A DNA stretch of 64,000 nt from Spirochaetia bacterium (GCA_963666985.2 CAXXIA010000002.1:1760001-1824000); one strand, 5' to 3'. Shown: positions 31,474-42,485, counted from the first letter of the stretch. Notes: generated from the sequence alone by a model not told the origin. Translations and numbers: made by a program.

Positions 31474-31682
31474 ACCTAACAGCTGTTGATGCGCTCCGGC
31501 GTCAACTTGCGTTGCCGCCTCCGGGGCTTCGCCCAAATTTGCCTCTGTCATAGATTTTGCGGAAGGCTGGCGGCTGTGATAGGATGGCTTTCAGTAATCG
31601 GCCGATGTTGTTCTGTCTGGCAAAATCTACACCAGTCGCCTTCGGCGAACGGCAAACTTCGCATAACAGCAGAACGTTTAAT
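31474..31682 (+). repeat. attC: attC-like site 9 (type B variant)
   Basis: Conserved termini; first hairpin GGCGTCAAC/GTTGCCGCC. Confidence 0.85.
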
Positions 31683-31806
31683 GAAAAAAAACAGAAGGCC
31701 CCTCAACAGTTCGGTATCCTGTTTCGCTAATAGGTTTCATTTAGTAGCTGAGAAATTAAGCAATTATGCAAAAAGATATATTTGTTAAAAAATTGCCGGA
31801 TACTAC

Positions 31807-32928
31807 CTATGCAGATTCTCTTCTCACTCTACGTTTTTCCTTTCTTAGACGTTTTCGAAATTTTCGAATTCTAATTTTTGTGTATTGCTGAAGATTCTCC
31901 CATTCAACGCGAGTTGATATTATCCCTTGTCGCTCGAACCGAAACTTAACTCCTGATAGAATTGAATCAGTTTTAACGAGAAATCCATCCCTTGCATCTT
32001 CCAATTTTAAAGCAGCAACTGTTTGCTCAGCTATGCCTAGTCCTTCTCGATCCGTTGAGTAATAGAACGTTACAATTTTTTTTGAATCAGAGCCAATCTG
32101 GTGGTCTATATGAAAAGCAACTAACGCAAGATGCCAATAGTCGTTTAGCTTTGTGTCAAATCTTCCGGACTGGATTATTGGAGGAAAATAAATATTGTTA
32201 AGAGCAAGAATAACAGAAATAGTTAGCGGTGATTGCACAACTCGATAAAATGCCAATGATAGTACTGGGTCTCGAAGAGAATTCACCTCATTCTGAAGTG
32301 ATACAGCTTCTGCATATAGTGGACTAAAGTGAACGCCTATATTGACAAAGCGGAAAGTCTTGAACCAATGATGGGTAACAAATTGACGTATCTGTGGATT
32401 GTAAAGGCGTACACGTTTCGTAGCGAATAAAAGATTGATAAATGACGGATATGCTGCCCGACGACTTGTAAATAGAAGGATTCTATCAATTGCATGAAGA
32501 GTAATTGATAGAATGTTAACGCTGATTTTTGTGCTATTGTAATAATGTCGATGCAATCTCAAGGTTTTCTGAACTAACCATTTTAGCAAGAATGCTAAGT
32601 TTGCGACGCGAGAAGATGCATTAAGCGATTCATTTAGTAATGAGTTACATTCTTGAAGTAACGTTTCACCATCTTCAATTGGAATAACGATTACGTTATC
32701 ACCAATCTTTCCATATCGTTCTAGAATTCGAATCGCATTTGCATGAACATGGCGATCATGTTCTTCAATTTGGTCAAGTGCATCACGTATGAAATTATCT
32801 TTAACACGACGAGAAATGGCAAATGCTCCAATTGACGACCCCAACAAAACACCAATAACACCAATAATGGTCCGAATTTGCTGTGCTAAGGATGCAAGAG
32901 TTTCAATAACGCTGACTTCATCTGACAT
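31807..32928 (-). CDS. Hypothetical membrane-anchored protein (cassette 10, reversed)
   Basis: 373-aa ORF filling the cassette; N-terminal TM helix. Confidence 0.75.
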   Translation of the reverse strand: MSDEVSVIETLASLAQQIRTIIGVIGVLLGSSIGAFAISRRVKDNFIRDALDQIEEHDRHVHANAIRILERYGKIGDNVIVIPIEDGETLLQECNSLLNESLNASSRVANLAFLLKWLVQKTLRLHRHYYNSTKISVNILSITLHAIDRILLFTSRRAAYPSFINLLFATKRVRLYNPQIRQFVTHHWFKTFRFVNIGVHFSPLYAEAVSLQNEVNSLRDPVLSLAFYRVVQSPLTISVILALNNIYFPPIIQSGRFDTKLNDYWHLALVAFHIDHQIGSDSKKIVTFYYSTDREGLGIAEQTVAALKLEDARDGFLVKTDSILSGVKFRFERQGIISTRVEWENLQQYTKIRIRKFRKRLRKEKRRVRRESA

Positions 32929-33072
32929 ATTTTAAAATATACATGCTTGAAATCCATAACGATAGTAATTGATTTTACAAATACATGATTATCAGGCATC
33001 ACTTTAAATACTACTGAAGTTTATCGTGTGTTTTAGTAGATTTTTCGAGGGGGTAGATTTCTGTTTTTCTTC

Positions 33073-33285
33073 ATTAAACAGCTGTTGATGCGCTCCGGCC
33101 GCTAAAAGTGTTTAGCGGCCTTCGGGGCTCCGCCCAAATTTCGCTTTGGCTATGGTTCTTGCAGATGCGTTCTTGGAAGTTGTGTGATAGGCTCAAATGC
33201 GAACATGCTTTCTGTTGAAGTGCAAGAACACATGCCAACCGGCTTCGCCGGACGCGAAACTTCGCATACCAGCGGAACGTTTTAC
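33073..33285 (+). repeat. attC: attC-like site 10 (type A)
   Basis: Conserved termini and arms. Confidence 0.85.
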
Positions 33286-33436
33286 GAAAAAATCCAGAAG
33301 GTATTTTACCACGGCGGCGTCCGTGCCGCCGTGAATAGTGAGATGCCATTATCTTAGGATTTAATCAAGATTAAAGTAATATAATCAGTTTAAATGATCT
33401 ATCTAAAAATATGTCATAGATTCATATACCATTGCA

Positions 33437-34423
33437 TTATCTCAATATCCCTTCAGAGAAGCAAATGCGACTAACATCAAAATATGCATTATATTTTCTA
33501 ATTAAGTATGTGATATTATTGTATAGAAGAAGGTCATTTGTATTTCTAGGGCCTAGTATTATCTTTTTTATAATTCCAAAATCTGCACTTCGATTAGCAA
33601 TGTCTGTAGTCTCGTCCATATATGAAATGTTTTGGTAAAATGCTAATTTTGTGATAACCGCCAATTTTTTATTTCTACATATTATATCAATATTATTTCT
33701 GTCAAGTAACTCTTGTGGCAAGCAAAGATTCTTGAAAGGGTATAAAATCAAATATCGTATTTCCCTTTCTTCTTTATGGAATTTGTCCTTAATAATACTT
33801 GCGAATATTGCTAACAATTTGTATATTTCATATTCCTGACTCATCGTGAGTTTTTGTTTGAATAGTGTCTCAAAGCAAATATTTATTGTATCACCAAACT
33901 TTGCTATTTCATTCTCTGAAATGTTATTTTCTTTATCATAGTATTGTATTGGATATGTATAAATAAATTTCTTTCCTTGCAATTTTAATTTCATGGCTTC
34001 GAAGACACCACCACGATCGAAACCTATACAAACTCCATTCCCTACATCTCCATAATTCATCCATTGTTGATAATTGTCTGGAATTGTCGAAGTTGAAAAA
34101 ATAAATATATTACTTTCAATATTCCCTAAATTATGAAACTCTCTTTCCTTTTGTTCTCTATAGATCTTCCGAAGCCTATTACGAATAGTTTGTTTTTTTA
34201 CGATATATGTCAGAATCGTATTAATGCCGAAATTCACTTCATTAGGATCATTTAGCTCTTGGATATTTGAAAACCAAATAGTGCCTGACTTTAGAATGTT
34301 ATAGAACGATTCAAGTGATGTGTAATGAAATACATAATTACTAATAATTCTATACGAATCAAATTCACTAAAGACATTGTCGATTACATTCTTTGGTAAG
34401 TTCTCAAAAAGTTTATCTTCCAT
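33437..34423 (-). CDS. DUF2971 domain protein (cassette 11, reversed)
   Basis: FHYTS, LNDPNE, QWMNYGD.GNGVCIGF, K..F..E.E.R. Confidence 0.8.
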   Translation of the reverse strand: MEDKLFENLPKNVIDNVFSEFDSYRIISNYVFHYTSLESFYNILKSGTIWFSNIQELNDPNEVNFGINTILTYIVKKQTIRNRLRKIYREQKEREFHNLGNIESNIFIFSTSTIPDNYQQWMNYGDVGNGVCIGFDRGGVFEAMKLKLQGKKFIYTYPIQYYDKENNISENEIAKFGDTINICFETLFKQKLTMSQEYEIYKLLAIFASIIKDKFHKEEREIRYLILYPFKNLCLPQELLDRNNIDIICRNKKLAVITKLAFYQNISYMDETTDIANRSADFGIIKKIILGPRNTNDLLLYNNITYLIRKYNAYFDVSRICFSEGILR

Positions 34424-34670
34424 TGTTCTTCCTAAATGCCAAAGTCTAAAATTGTCAGTTTTTCATTCTTTATAGCAAATAAAAAGTCTCATAGACTCAT
34501 AATGATATCGATTTGAATAGTGTAACACAGTTTACACAAAGAGAGCATAATAAATAGGAGACGCGATTATGAGCGAATGTTTGCATGTATGACAAATTAT
34601 ATCTACTAGTATCTGAAGGACCTCGTGTCCTTCAGATAAATATTTTGAATGGTTGATGTTGGATTTCTTC

Positions 34671-34877
34671 GTAAAACAGCTGTTGATGCGCTCCGGCGGT
34701 AACTATGTTACCGCCTTCGGGGCTCCGCCCAAATTTGCCTCTGTCATAGATTTTGCGAATGACCGATGGCTATGGTAAGATGAGTTGCAGTTAGTGGATG
34801 AGGCAGTGAAGAATCGCAAAATCTCCGCCAGTCGCTTCGCGAACGGCAAACATTCGCATAACAGCGGACCGTTTTAT
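34671..34877 (+). repeat. attC: attC-like site 11 (type B, 207 bp)
   Basis: Conserved termini; first hairpin GGCGGTAAC/GTTACCGCC. Confidence 0.85.
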
Positions 34878-35083
34878 GAAAAAAACCAGAAGGTATTTTA
34901 TCGCCTCGGCATCCGCCACGAAATGTTTCAATTTATGCAAAGATAGGCTAGGTTGATACAGAAAATATAGTTAGTTTTTAAAACATTATGAATCGCTAAA
35001 ATCAGTTGAATTGTGGCCAGTCACATCAATGTAGTTACTAATTTTCAAAGGTTATGAAAGAAATTGTTAGTTGCATATTTTTG

Positions 35084-37372
35084 TTATGTGTCACCATATA
35101 CTTTACTTATCGTTAAAGAATTGAACATATTGCGAATTTCGAGATCATCGTCTATGACATCATCATTTTTATTATTCGTATCAGATTTAAAATCTAAACT
35201 TTCATTTTTTTCAAAATCTAATTCAACAAGTTTCGACTCAAGGTCATTGATATCAGAGGTTAGATCAATTTCAAAATTAGTTTGGATATCTCGCAAATTA
35301 TTTAATAAAAACTCTGTATAATTATCGTCTGAATTAGAAATTTCATCTTCAATAATTTTATTTATAAGTTCTCGATTGTTATAGGTGCTAATAAAACTCA
35401 CAAACATGTTTTGATCGAGTTTCCTAAGGTCAGATAACTTTGAGAGATGAAAGGAAAATTCTGCTTTCTTAAATAAATTTGAAAAAACTTCATCAATCTC
35501 CAAACTAATTTTGTCAAAAACTGTAATCGTCACATTTACTAGAGAGTTAGAAAACATTACATTTTCATCGCATATTAGTTCGTTTAGCTGTAAAGCTATT
35601 TTCTCTCTGACAGATACATTGTCAACGTTGTTAACAATATATTCAAATATTTCGATTTTGCTATTCAATCTCCTTTCCCAACGAGTTTTCCCTCCAACAT
35701 ATCTTACAAATGCTAGAGATGTGCTTGTGAAGTCAATTAAATAACGATTAATTTGAGTAATAATAAGTTCTTTATTTAACTGGTTGAATTCGATCTTTTT
35801 ACTAATTCCATTAGTTTCCCCAATTGGAAGAAAACTAAATATGCTAAAATATTGGTTAATAATCATTGAAGAGAATATTATATCAGATTTTAAATAGTCT
35901 CTTGCCGATATGTGTTTTATCAAAAAATCATTTATTGAAGGATTGATAAAATCAATACCAACATTATTATATGAATCTTTTTTTGAAATAATAAAGGAAC
36001 CTTCAATTTCTTTGAAGATTTTCTTAAAAATTGCATCACTATATAACAAATCATATTTCTCTACATATTTCTTCGCAAAATTTATATAGGCATTTTCTAA
36101 ATCGTTGAGTAATACAGGAGAACCAAGCGAAGCCATAATGATAAGTAAATATTTTGATTCTTTAGAAATTTGATTTTCAAAAGCATGTTCCCAAACACTA
36201 ATAGGATTATTTAGATACTCAATGAAAGTGTTGAGAAATTGACTTGGGTTAATTGTTTTCCATTTCCCCCCGTCTAATATTGCTTCAATTACTCTTGGAT
36301 TGTAGTTTGGATGATTGATGATTTGAAAATATCTATTTTCATCAATTAAAACCTCCAAATATTCTGACGCAATATTTGAATAATAGAGATGATTATATAA
36401 GATTTGCGCTTTAATCAATTTTGTATAGCTATTAAGATCTAATATAAATTTTCCTAATTCAAATTGATTTCTATTAAGTAACTCATACTTGCTTTGAGCT
36501 TGTTTTAGGATATATTCCCTCGTTGTCATTATTAGTATTTTATTGTTTGAAGATTCAACCATTTCGATAAACTTATATAAAAGATTATCTTCATTTTTAG
36601 CAAGTTTATCTTCAAGAAAATTTCTTCCAAGAAAATCATCATAAATGAAAACTTGCTTCTTCCCCTCGTGAAACATGGTAATAGCATCATGAATAGATGT
36701 GTCAAGAGAAATTACTTCTTCATAATTCTTAGTTAACAATAAATATACAAGATACCTAGCTAGTGTTGTTTTTCCTATTCCTGGAATTCCAGATATTATC
36801 AAAAATTTATGTTCTTCAAGAATTTCCGTAGCTCTAAAAATACTTTCATTTTGTACAAATATTTTTACTGTATCTTTGATTTTTTGTAACTCAAACTGAG
36901 AAGAGTTAACAATTTTAGCATTGATAATTCTATTCAAGACATTTGTACTAGAAATCCATAACTTATAGTATTTTTGCTCAATTTCAGGATAAATCCCTAG
37001 TAAGTTATTGATGTCTTCGTTTCCATAAATGTGATCCACATCTATTATATACGGGTCAAGAAGAGATCTTATTTTGAACTTGTTCATTGGTGTTAAACCC
37101 AAGCTTGTGAATAAATAATAAGAATTGCATTCTAAATTTTCTATCTTATTTCTCTCTGTCTTCAAATTAGTTAGCAATAAATTAAGGTTTTTATATCTTT
37201 TACATTGAATAATATTCTTAAATTCTGTAGAACTACCAAACCTAAAGTCAATTCCTCCATCTCGTCCAGAAGTAAACGATTCAATATAAATTTTATGCTG
37301 AGCTTGCATCAAATCGCGAGATAGTTGTTCAAATTCAATTGGTGATAAAATCTCAAAATTATAATTTATCAT
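35084..37372 (-). CDS. Restriction-endonuclease-like domain fused to STAND (nSTAND3-like) NTPase (cassette 12, reversed)
   Basis: EFEQL..D, DGGID, QCK; Walker A GIPGIGKT; Walker B FIYDDFLG. Confidence 0.8.
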   Translation of the reverse strand: MINYNFEILSPIEFEQLSRDLMQAQHKIYIESFTSGRDGGIDFRFGSSTEFKNIIQCKRYKNLNLLLTNLKTERNKIENLECNSYYLFTSLGLTPMNKFKIRSLLDPYIIDVDHIYGNEDINNLLGIYPEIEQKYYKLWISSTNVLNRIINAKIVNSSQFELQKIKDTVKIFVQNESIFRATEILEEHKFLIISGIPGIGKTTLARYLVYLLLTKNYEEVISLDTSIHDAITMFHEGKKQVFIYDDFLGRNFLEDKLAKNEDNLLYKFIEMVESSNNKILIMTTREYILKQAQSKYELLNRNQFELGKFILDLNSYTKLIKAQILYNHLYYSNIASEYLEVLIDENRYFQIINHPNYNPRVIEAILDGGKWKTINPSQFLNTFIEYLNNPISVWEHAFENQISKESKYLLIIMASLGSPVLLNDLENAYINFAKKYVEKYDLLYSDAIFKKIFKEIEGSFIISKKDSYNNVGIDFINPSINDFLIKHISARDYLKSDIIFSSMIINQYFSIFSFLPIGETNGISKKIEFNQLNKELIITQINRYLIDFTSTSLAFVRYVGGKTRWERRLNSKIEIFEYIVNNVDNVSVREKIALQLNELICDENVMFSNSLVNVTITVFDKISLEIDEVFSNLFKKAEFSFHLSKLSDLRKLDQNMFVSFISTYNNRELINKIIEDEISNSDDNYTEFLLNNLRDIQTNFEIDLTSDINDLESKLVELDFEKNESLDFKSDTNNKNDDVIDDDLEIRNMFNSLTISKVYGDT

Positions 37373-37548
37373 ATTCTACTATTTCGGTAATGTGTAGAAT
37401 AACACTGAACGCTACATAGTACACATAAAGGTAGTATAGCATGGTTACAATGCGTAATATAGAATTTTATAAATTGTAGTTATATTTTATTTGCATCAGA
37501 ATCACGTCCTTATATGAAGATTGAATTAGCTCTAGGCGAGTTTTCTTC

Positions 37549-37757
37549 ATAAAACAGCTGTTGATGCGCTTCGGCGTCAACTGGCGTTGCCGCCTCCGGG
37601 GCTCCGCCCAAATTTGCCTCTATCATAGATTTTGCAGAAGGCTGGCGGCTGTGATAGGATGATTTTCAGTAAACGACTGCTGTTGTTCTGACAGGCAAAA
37701 TCTACGCCAGTCGCCTACGGCGAACGGCAAACTTCGCATACCAGCGGAACGTTTGAT
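37549..37757 (+). repeat. attC: attC-like site 12 (type B variant)
   Basis: Conserved termini; resembles site 9. Confidence 0.85.
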
Positions 37758-37993
37758 GACAGAATTAATTTAGGAAATAGTTTTTCTCATTTTTATAAAA
37801 AAGAGGAGGCAATTCCCCTCACAAAAATCAATTTAAATTCGTGAAAAGCTCTGAAAGTTTTTGAGAAAAATCAAAGTGTTCCCTTTGTCGTGGTTGATTC
37901 TCCTGATATGAGCCTTGTTCAGTTGAATAAGAACAAGAGAGCCTTTTCACGGTGTTTGATCTTTATGGGCTTTGCTTAATTCCGTCATCAAAC
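37752..37993. other. Gene-less cassette 13 (about 240 bp body)
   Basis: No ORF in the track; near-identical to 41981-42222. Confidence 0.75.
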
Positions 37994-38255
37994 AGCTGTT
38001 GATACGCTCCGGCCGCTAAATCTCTTTAGCGGCCTTCGGGCCGAGAAGATGGTGTAATTTTAGTGTTATGATATTTGCAAAGAGGAAATCAAATTGAAAC
38101 GGCTCGGCCAAATTTCGCTTTGGCTGCTTTTGTTGAGATGTTTTGGTTCGTAATCTGTGGTAATGTTAAAAGCGAGTGGTTGTTCTGGTAATTCCGTGGG
38201 GCAGCCAACCGGCTACGCCGGACGCGAAACTTCGTATACCAGCGGAACGTTAATT
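37987..38255 (+). repeat. attC: attC-like site 13 (type D with extra arm, 269 bp)
   Basis: Compensatory ATACG/CGTAT in place of ATGCG/CGCAT. Confidence 0.85.
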
Positions 38256-38274
38256 GAACTTCTGGAATTTGTCT

Positions 38275-39617
38275 TGAGCGACCAGGACATCCTTTACATT
38301 TTAGGTTCAGGACATCGTTTACACAAAACAAGCTTAAACGAAGCATTTGAATCCATCAACTGAAGGGAGAAAGGCATAGGTTTTCAAATCAATTTCTCCC
38401 AATCTGAGATTGTCAAACCATACGGTGAAGCTCTCATCCTCATTCTCCCGAAGTCCAACTTGGTATCCTGAAAAGACATAACTGACAAAGACTCTATGCC
38501 TGTCGATAGTAACGGCTCCCCGATTATTCACCATTCTCACCAGATACCCGGCCGGGTAGATCACCTGAGGGATTCGAGGAGGGAAAGGCCGATTGGACTT
38601 TGTGTAAATACTTCCGGGAGTCTGCATTTTGAGAGCTTCATGCGGACGAACACTGTTGAATTGATTTCTCCAAACATCAAAGTGTGCCTGATGTTCTGAG
38701 AGGTTCCCTTGAATCTGTCCCTGCAATTCGCGTTTGATATCGGCATGCATTCTTTCATGCCCTCCGTTTTCACAAGGCCTTCCTGGAGTGATGCGATCAA
38801 GTTCAATTCCCAAGGCCAGCCACCAAACACTTAAGCGGGTGAGTCCGAGTAATCCCTTCATGGAAGCAAAGGGTGGTCCGTTATCGGAGCGGATTACCCG
38901 AGGGATTCCATAGAGAGAAAAGAGCTTTTCGAACTCTGTTCTAACTTCTTGTGTGTCAGCCTTTTGGAGAGCTTTGATGGTGAAGATGTATTTGGAGTAT
39001 TCATCCCGAACCGTCAGAGGTTCACACTTTTCATTATCGGGAGTGTACCACCATCCTTTGAAGTCGACCGTCCAGATATCATTAGGGGCTTTGGCCTGCA
39101 GATGTGTTTGGATTCGGCTGCCTTTGGTCTGCTGCCGTTTCTTTCGATGATGAACCAGTCCTGCTTTATCAAGGATGCGTTTGACGGTGGTGAGGCTTGG
39201 GGGATTATTATGAGGATGGGTCTTCTGGTAGATCTCGAGAATCTTTTTTGGCCCCCAGCTGGAGTTGTGCAACGTCTTGATCCGGATAATACCGCATATA
39301 ACGTCTTCAGGCGTTTGGTTGGGGCTGCTGCGAGGTCTACGGGGTCGTTCCTTCAACCCGGCGAGCCCTTCCTGGATAAACCGGTTTTTCCATTTAAGGC
39401 CTGTCGGCCGGGAGATCCCGTACTCAGCACAGAGGTCTTTCATACAGACATGGGGATCCATGGCCTTGAGGGCGAACTCGAATTTGACGTCCATAATATT
39501 GGTCTCCTTCCACGGCATAACCAGCACCTCGATAAGGGAAAGTGCTGATCATTTTAGTTCTTGTCGTGTAAAGGATGTCCTGGTACTCTCGTGTAAACGA
39601 TGTCCTGAACCCGTACC
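38275..39617 (-). mobile_element. IS481-family element copy 1 (1343 bp)
   Basis: Ends each carry two CAGGACATC.TTTACA motifs in inverted orientation; flanking GTCT duplication. Confidence 0.9.
38334..39527 (-). CDS. IS481-family transposase
   Basis: MPWKE start, GISRPTGLKW HTH, WTVDFKG, RSDNGPPF, NGGHERMH. Confidence 0.9.
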   Translation of the reverse strand: MLVMPWKETNIMDVKFEFALKAMDPHVCMKDLCAEYGISRPTGLKWKNRFIQEGLAGLKERPRRPRSSPNQTPEDVICGIIRIKTLHNSSWGPKKILEIYQKTHPHNNPPSLTTVKRILDKAGLVHHRKKRQQTKGSRIQTHLQAKAPNDIWTVDFKGWWYTPDNEKCEPLTVRDEYSKYIFTIKALQKADTQEVRTEFEKLFSLYGIPRVIRSDNGPPFASMKGLLGLTRLSVWWLALGIELDRITPGRPCENGGHERMHADIKRELQGQIQGNLSEHQAHFDVWRNQFNSVRPHEALKMQTPGSIYTKSNRPFPPRIPQVIYPAGYLVRMVNNRGAVTIDRHRVFVSYVFSGYQVGLRENEDESFTVWFDNLRLGEIDLKTYAFLPSVDGFKCFV

Positions 39618-39659
39618 GTCTCTGCCTCGCCTTCCGTGGCTCGGCCTTGGAGATTTATA

Positions 39660-40769
39660 ATGAGTATAAAAGAAACAATTAAGGAACTGATAGCGACGAA
39701 GAGGGAAGGCGAGTATTGGGATTTTAAGAAAGAACCTCATTCAAACAACAGCGATCTTCTTCATGACATAATCTGTATGTCAAATGCATTAATCAAACAA
39801 GATAAATATATCATTGTTGGTGTTTCTGACCCTGCACAGGGTTGCATTATTGAAGGATTAAATTCAACAACAGCAAATCGAAAAACTCAAGCAAAAATCA
39901 TTGATTTCATTCAGCACTTAGATTTTGCCGGATCCATAAGGCCAGAGGTTGAAGTACATACGATCACGATAGATGGGAAAGATGTTGATGTAATCCGGAT
40001 ACTCGATAGACCAAACAAGCCATACTATCTTGCTAGTGATAAGGATGGAGTCAAAGCGAATTATATCTATACAAGAGTTGGTGATACGAATACTCCAAAG
40101 AACAAGTCTGCAGATATATATCACGTGGAGAAACTATGGAGGCAGAGGTTTTCATTAGACCAATCACCACTTGAAAGATATAACACGTTATTGAATCAGA
40201 AAGAGTCTTGGGTCATAGATATGGGCAATAAGGACTACGCATATCACCAACTGTTTCCAGAGTTCCGGATCGAGTTTTCAGAAACCCGGGAGGGATGGGA
40301 AACATACTCACATTACTATACAAATCCAAAATCGTTTTTTGGAGTTGCCTTTTTAAAATATTTTACAACAACACTATATGAAGTTCAGTACTGTTATGTA
40401 GATGAAATGCGATTGCCTCTTGTTGTACCAAAAATCGGTGTAATCAACTCTCAAAAAGGATATATATCATATTTCTACTTCCAAATGGATACAATCGAAT
40501 GGCGGCTAAATACTATCCTAGGATTGTCATTTCTGTATCAACGAGATCCTAGATATTTACCGTTCATTTTCTACAAAGATGAAGAAGAAAAAGACGCTTT
40601 TCATAGTCATGTAAAAAACATCGCAGAAGAACTCCTCACTAGAGAACCTGAGTCTTTTGAAATCGATAAACAGAAGCGAATCGAAGAAGACGGTAAGGGT
40701 TGTGGCATTACACCGCAAAATATTGGCCGACTAGTCCGTGAGCATATTTCATGGAAGTCATCACGATAG
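39660..40769 (+). CDS. AlbA_2 (Schlafen-like) domain protein (cassette 14)
   Basis: EGEYWDFK, DIICMSN, YIIVGVSD, YTRVGDTN. Confidence 0.82.
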   Translation: MSIKETIKELIATKREGEYWDFKKEPHSNNSDLLHDIICMSNALIKQDKYIIVGVSDPAQGCIIEGLNSTTANRKTQAKIIDFIQHLDFAGSIRPEVEVHTITIDGKDVDVIRILDRPNKPYYLASDKDGVKANYIYTRVGDTNTPKNKSADIYHVEKLWRQRFSLDQSPLERYNTLLNQKESWVIDMGNKDYAYHQLFPEFRIEFSETREGWETYSHYYTNPKSFFGVAFLKYFTTTLYEVQYCYVDEMRLPLVVPKIGVINSQKGYISYFYFQMDTIEWRLNTILGLSFLYQRDPRYLPFIFYKDEEEKDAFHSHVKNIAEELLTREPESFEIDKQKRIEEDGKGCGITPQNIGRLVREHISWKSSR

Positions 40770-40823
40770 AGCCAGAGAGTACATCCTTGTACTCTCTGAA
40801 GTCTATACATGGCTCAGAAGTTC

Positions 40824-41035
40824 AATTAACAGCTGTTGATGCGCTCCGGCTGCTAACTTCGTTATCAGCCTCCGGGGCTCCGCCCAAATTTCGCTTTGGC
40901 ATGGCATCTTGCAGATGCGTTTCTGGAAGTTGTGTGATAGGCTGAAGAGCGAACAGGCTTTCTGTTAAAAGCAAGAGCGCATGCCAACCGGCTACGCCGG
41001 ACACGAAACATTCGCATAACAGCGGAACGTTAAAT
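40824..41035 (+). repeat. attC: attC-like site 14 (type A)
   Basis: Conserved termini and arms. Confidence 0.85.
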
Positions 41036-41112
41036 GTCATTTAAGCTTTAAAGTCTTATCGAGTGAATAATTAGCAAAGTATTATAATTTTCTAGTTGTT
41101 TGAAATGCCTAC

Positions 41113-41141
41113 TTGAAATGCGTAACGTCACGGGTTACAAT
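41113..41141 (+). promoter_or_regulatory. Putative higBA promoter with palindromic operator
   Basis: TTGAAA-17 bp-TACAAT; inverted repeat GTAAC-N7-GTTAC 41122-41138. Confidence 0.65.
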
Positions 41142-41149
41142 CATTTTCA

Positions 41150-41428
41150 ATGATCAAGTCGTTCAAACATAAAGGCCTTCAAGAATTCTTCTATACAGGA
41201 ACGAAGAAAGGAATCCAACCTGATCATGCCAGCAAGATTGCAAGGCTCCTTGATCGTCTTGATGCATCAGTATCCGCAATGGATATGAATCTTCCAGGAT
41301 TCCGTCTTCATCAGCTTTCGGGGCAAGAGAAGGATACCTGGTCTGTTTGGGTAAATGGAAACTGGCGTATTACCTTTGAGTTTCGTGGTGAAGATGCATA
41401 CGTAGTCGATTACAGAGACTATCACTGA
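41150..41428 (+). CDS. higB: HigB toxin (cassette 15)
   Basis: MIKSFKHKGL, LHQLSG, WSVWVNGNWRITF. Confidence 0.92.
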   Translation: MIKSFKHKGLQEFFYTGTKKGIQPDHASKIARLLDRLDASVSAMDMNLPGFRLHQLSGQEKDTWSVWVNGNWRITFEFRGEDAYVVDYRDYH

Positions 41429-41437
41429 GGTATAAAG

Positions 41438-41752
41438 ATGGAGAAAAGAAGAAAACCGACGCATCCTGGCGTCATCATTAAAGAAGATGTTCTTAAGCCG
41501 TTGAATCTTACGATCACAGATGCGGCTAAAGATCTTGGAGTAACACGAAAGGCACTGTCAGAGCTGATAAATGAAAGATCCGCACTTAGTCCTGATATGG
41601 CCGTTCGAATAGCCCGTGCGACGAAAACCAGTCCCGAAAGCTGGATGAATATGCAGCAGAAATTAGATTTGTGGGAATCGGAGCATAAGAATTTTAATAT
41701 TGTTCCGTTTCCTCATGTCGGCCAATATCATTCAGAAATCTTGGAAGGCTAA
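41438..41752 (+). CDS. higA: HigA antitoxin (cassette 15)
   Basis: PTHPG, HTH, SPDMAVRI, WMNMQ. Confidence 0.92.
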   Translation: MEKRRKPTHPGVIIKEDVLKPLNLTITDAAKDLGVTRKALSELINERSALSPDMAVRIARATKTSPESWMNMQQKLDLWESEHKNFNIVPFPHVGQYHSEILEG

Positions 41753-41773
41753 TCTGGAAGCCGCTTGAACGAC

Positions 41774-41986
41774 ATTTAACAGCTGTTGATGCGCTCCGGC
41801 CGCTAAAAGTGTTTAGCGGCCTTCGGGGCTTCGCCCAAATTTCGCTTTGACCATGGTTCTTGCAGATGCGTTCCCGGAAGTTGTGTGATAGGCTCAAATG
41901 CGAACAGGCTTTCTGTTGAAGTGCAAGAACACATGCCAACCGGCTTCGCCGGACGCGAAACTTCGCATACCAGCAGCCCGTTTGAT
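41774..41986 (+). repeat. attC: attC-like site 15 (type A)
   Basis: Conserved termini and arms. Confidence 0.85.
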
Positions 41987-42222
41987 GACAGAATTAATTT
42001 AAGAAATAGTTTTTCTCATTTTCTTAAAAAAGAGAAGGCAATTCTCCTCATAAATATCAATTTAAATTCGTGAAAAGCTCTGAAAGTTTTTGAGAAAAAT
42101 CAAAGTGTTCCAGTTGTCGAGGTTGATTCTCCTGATATGAGTCTTGTTCAGTTGAATAAGAACAAGAGAGCCTTTTCACGGTGTTTGATCTTTATGGGCT
42201 TTGCTTAATTCCGTCATCAAAC
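41981..42222. other. Gene-less cassette 16 (duplicate of cassette 13)
   Basis: Near-identical to 37752-37993. Confidence 0.75.
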
Positions 42223-42485
42223 AGCTGTTGATACGCTCCGGCCGCTAAATCTCTTTAGCGGCCTTCGGGCCGAGAAGATGGTTATTAGTTGAGTGTTATG
42301 ATATTTGCAAAGAGGAAATGAGATTGAAGCGGCTCGGCCAAATTTCGCTTTGGCTGCTTTTGTTGAGATGTCTTGGTTCGTAATCTGTGGTAATGTTAAA
42401 AGCGAGCGGAGGTTCTGGTAATTCCGTGGGGCAGCCAACCGGCTCCGCCGGACGCGAAACTTCGTATACCAGCGGGCCGTTAAGC
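42216..42485 (+). repeat. attC: attC-like site 16 (type D with extra arm)
   Basis: Near-identical to site 13. Confidence 0.85.
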
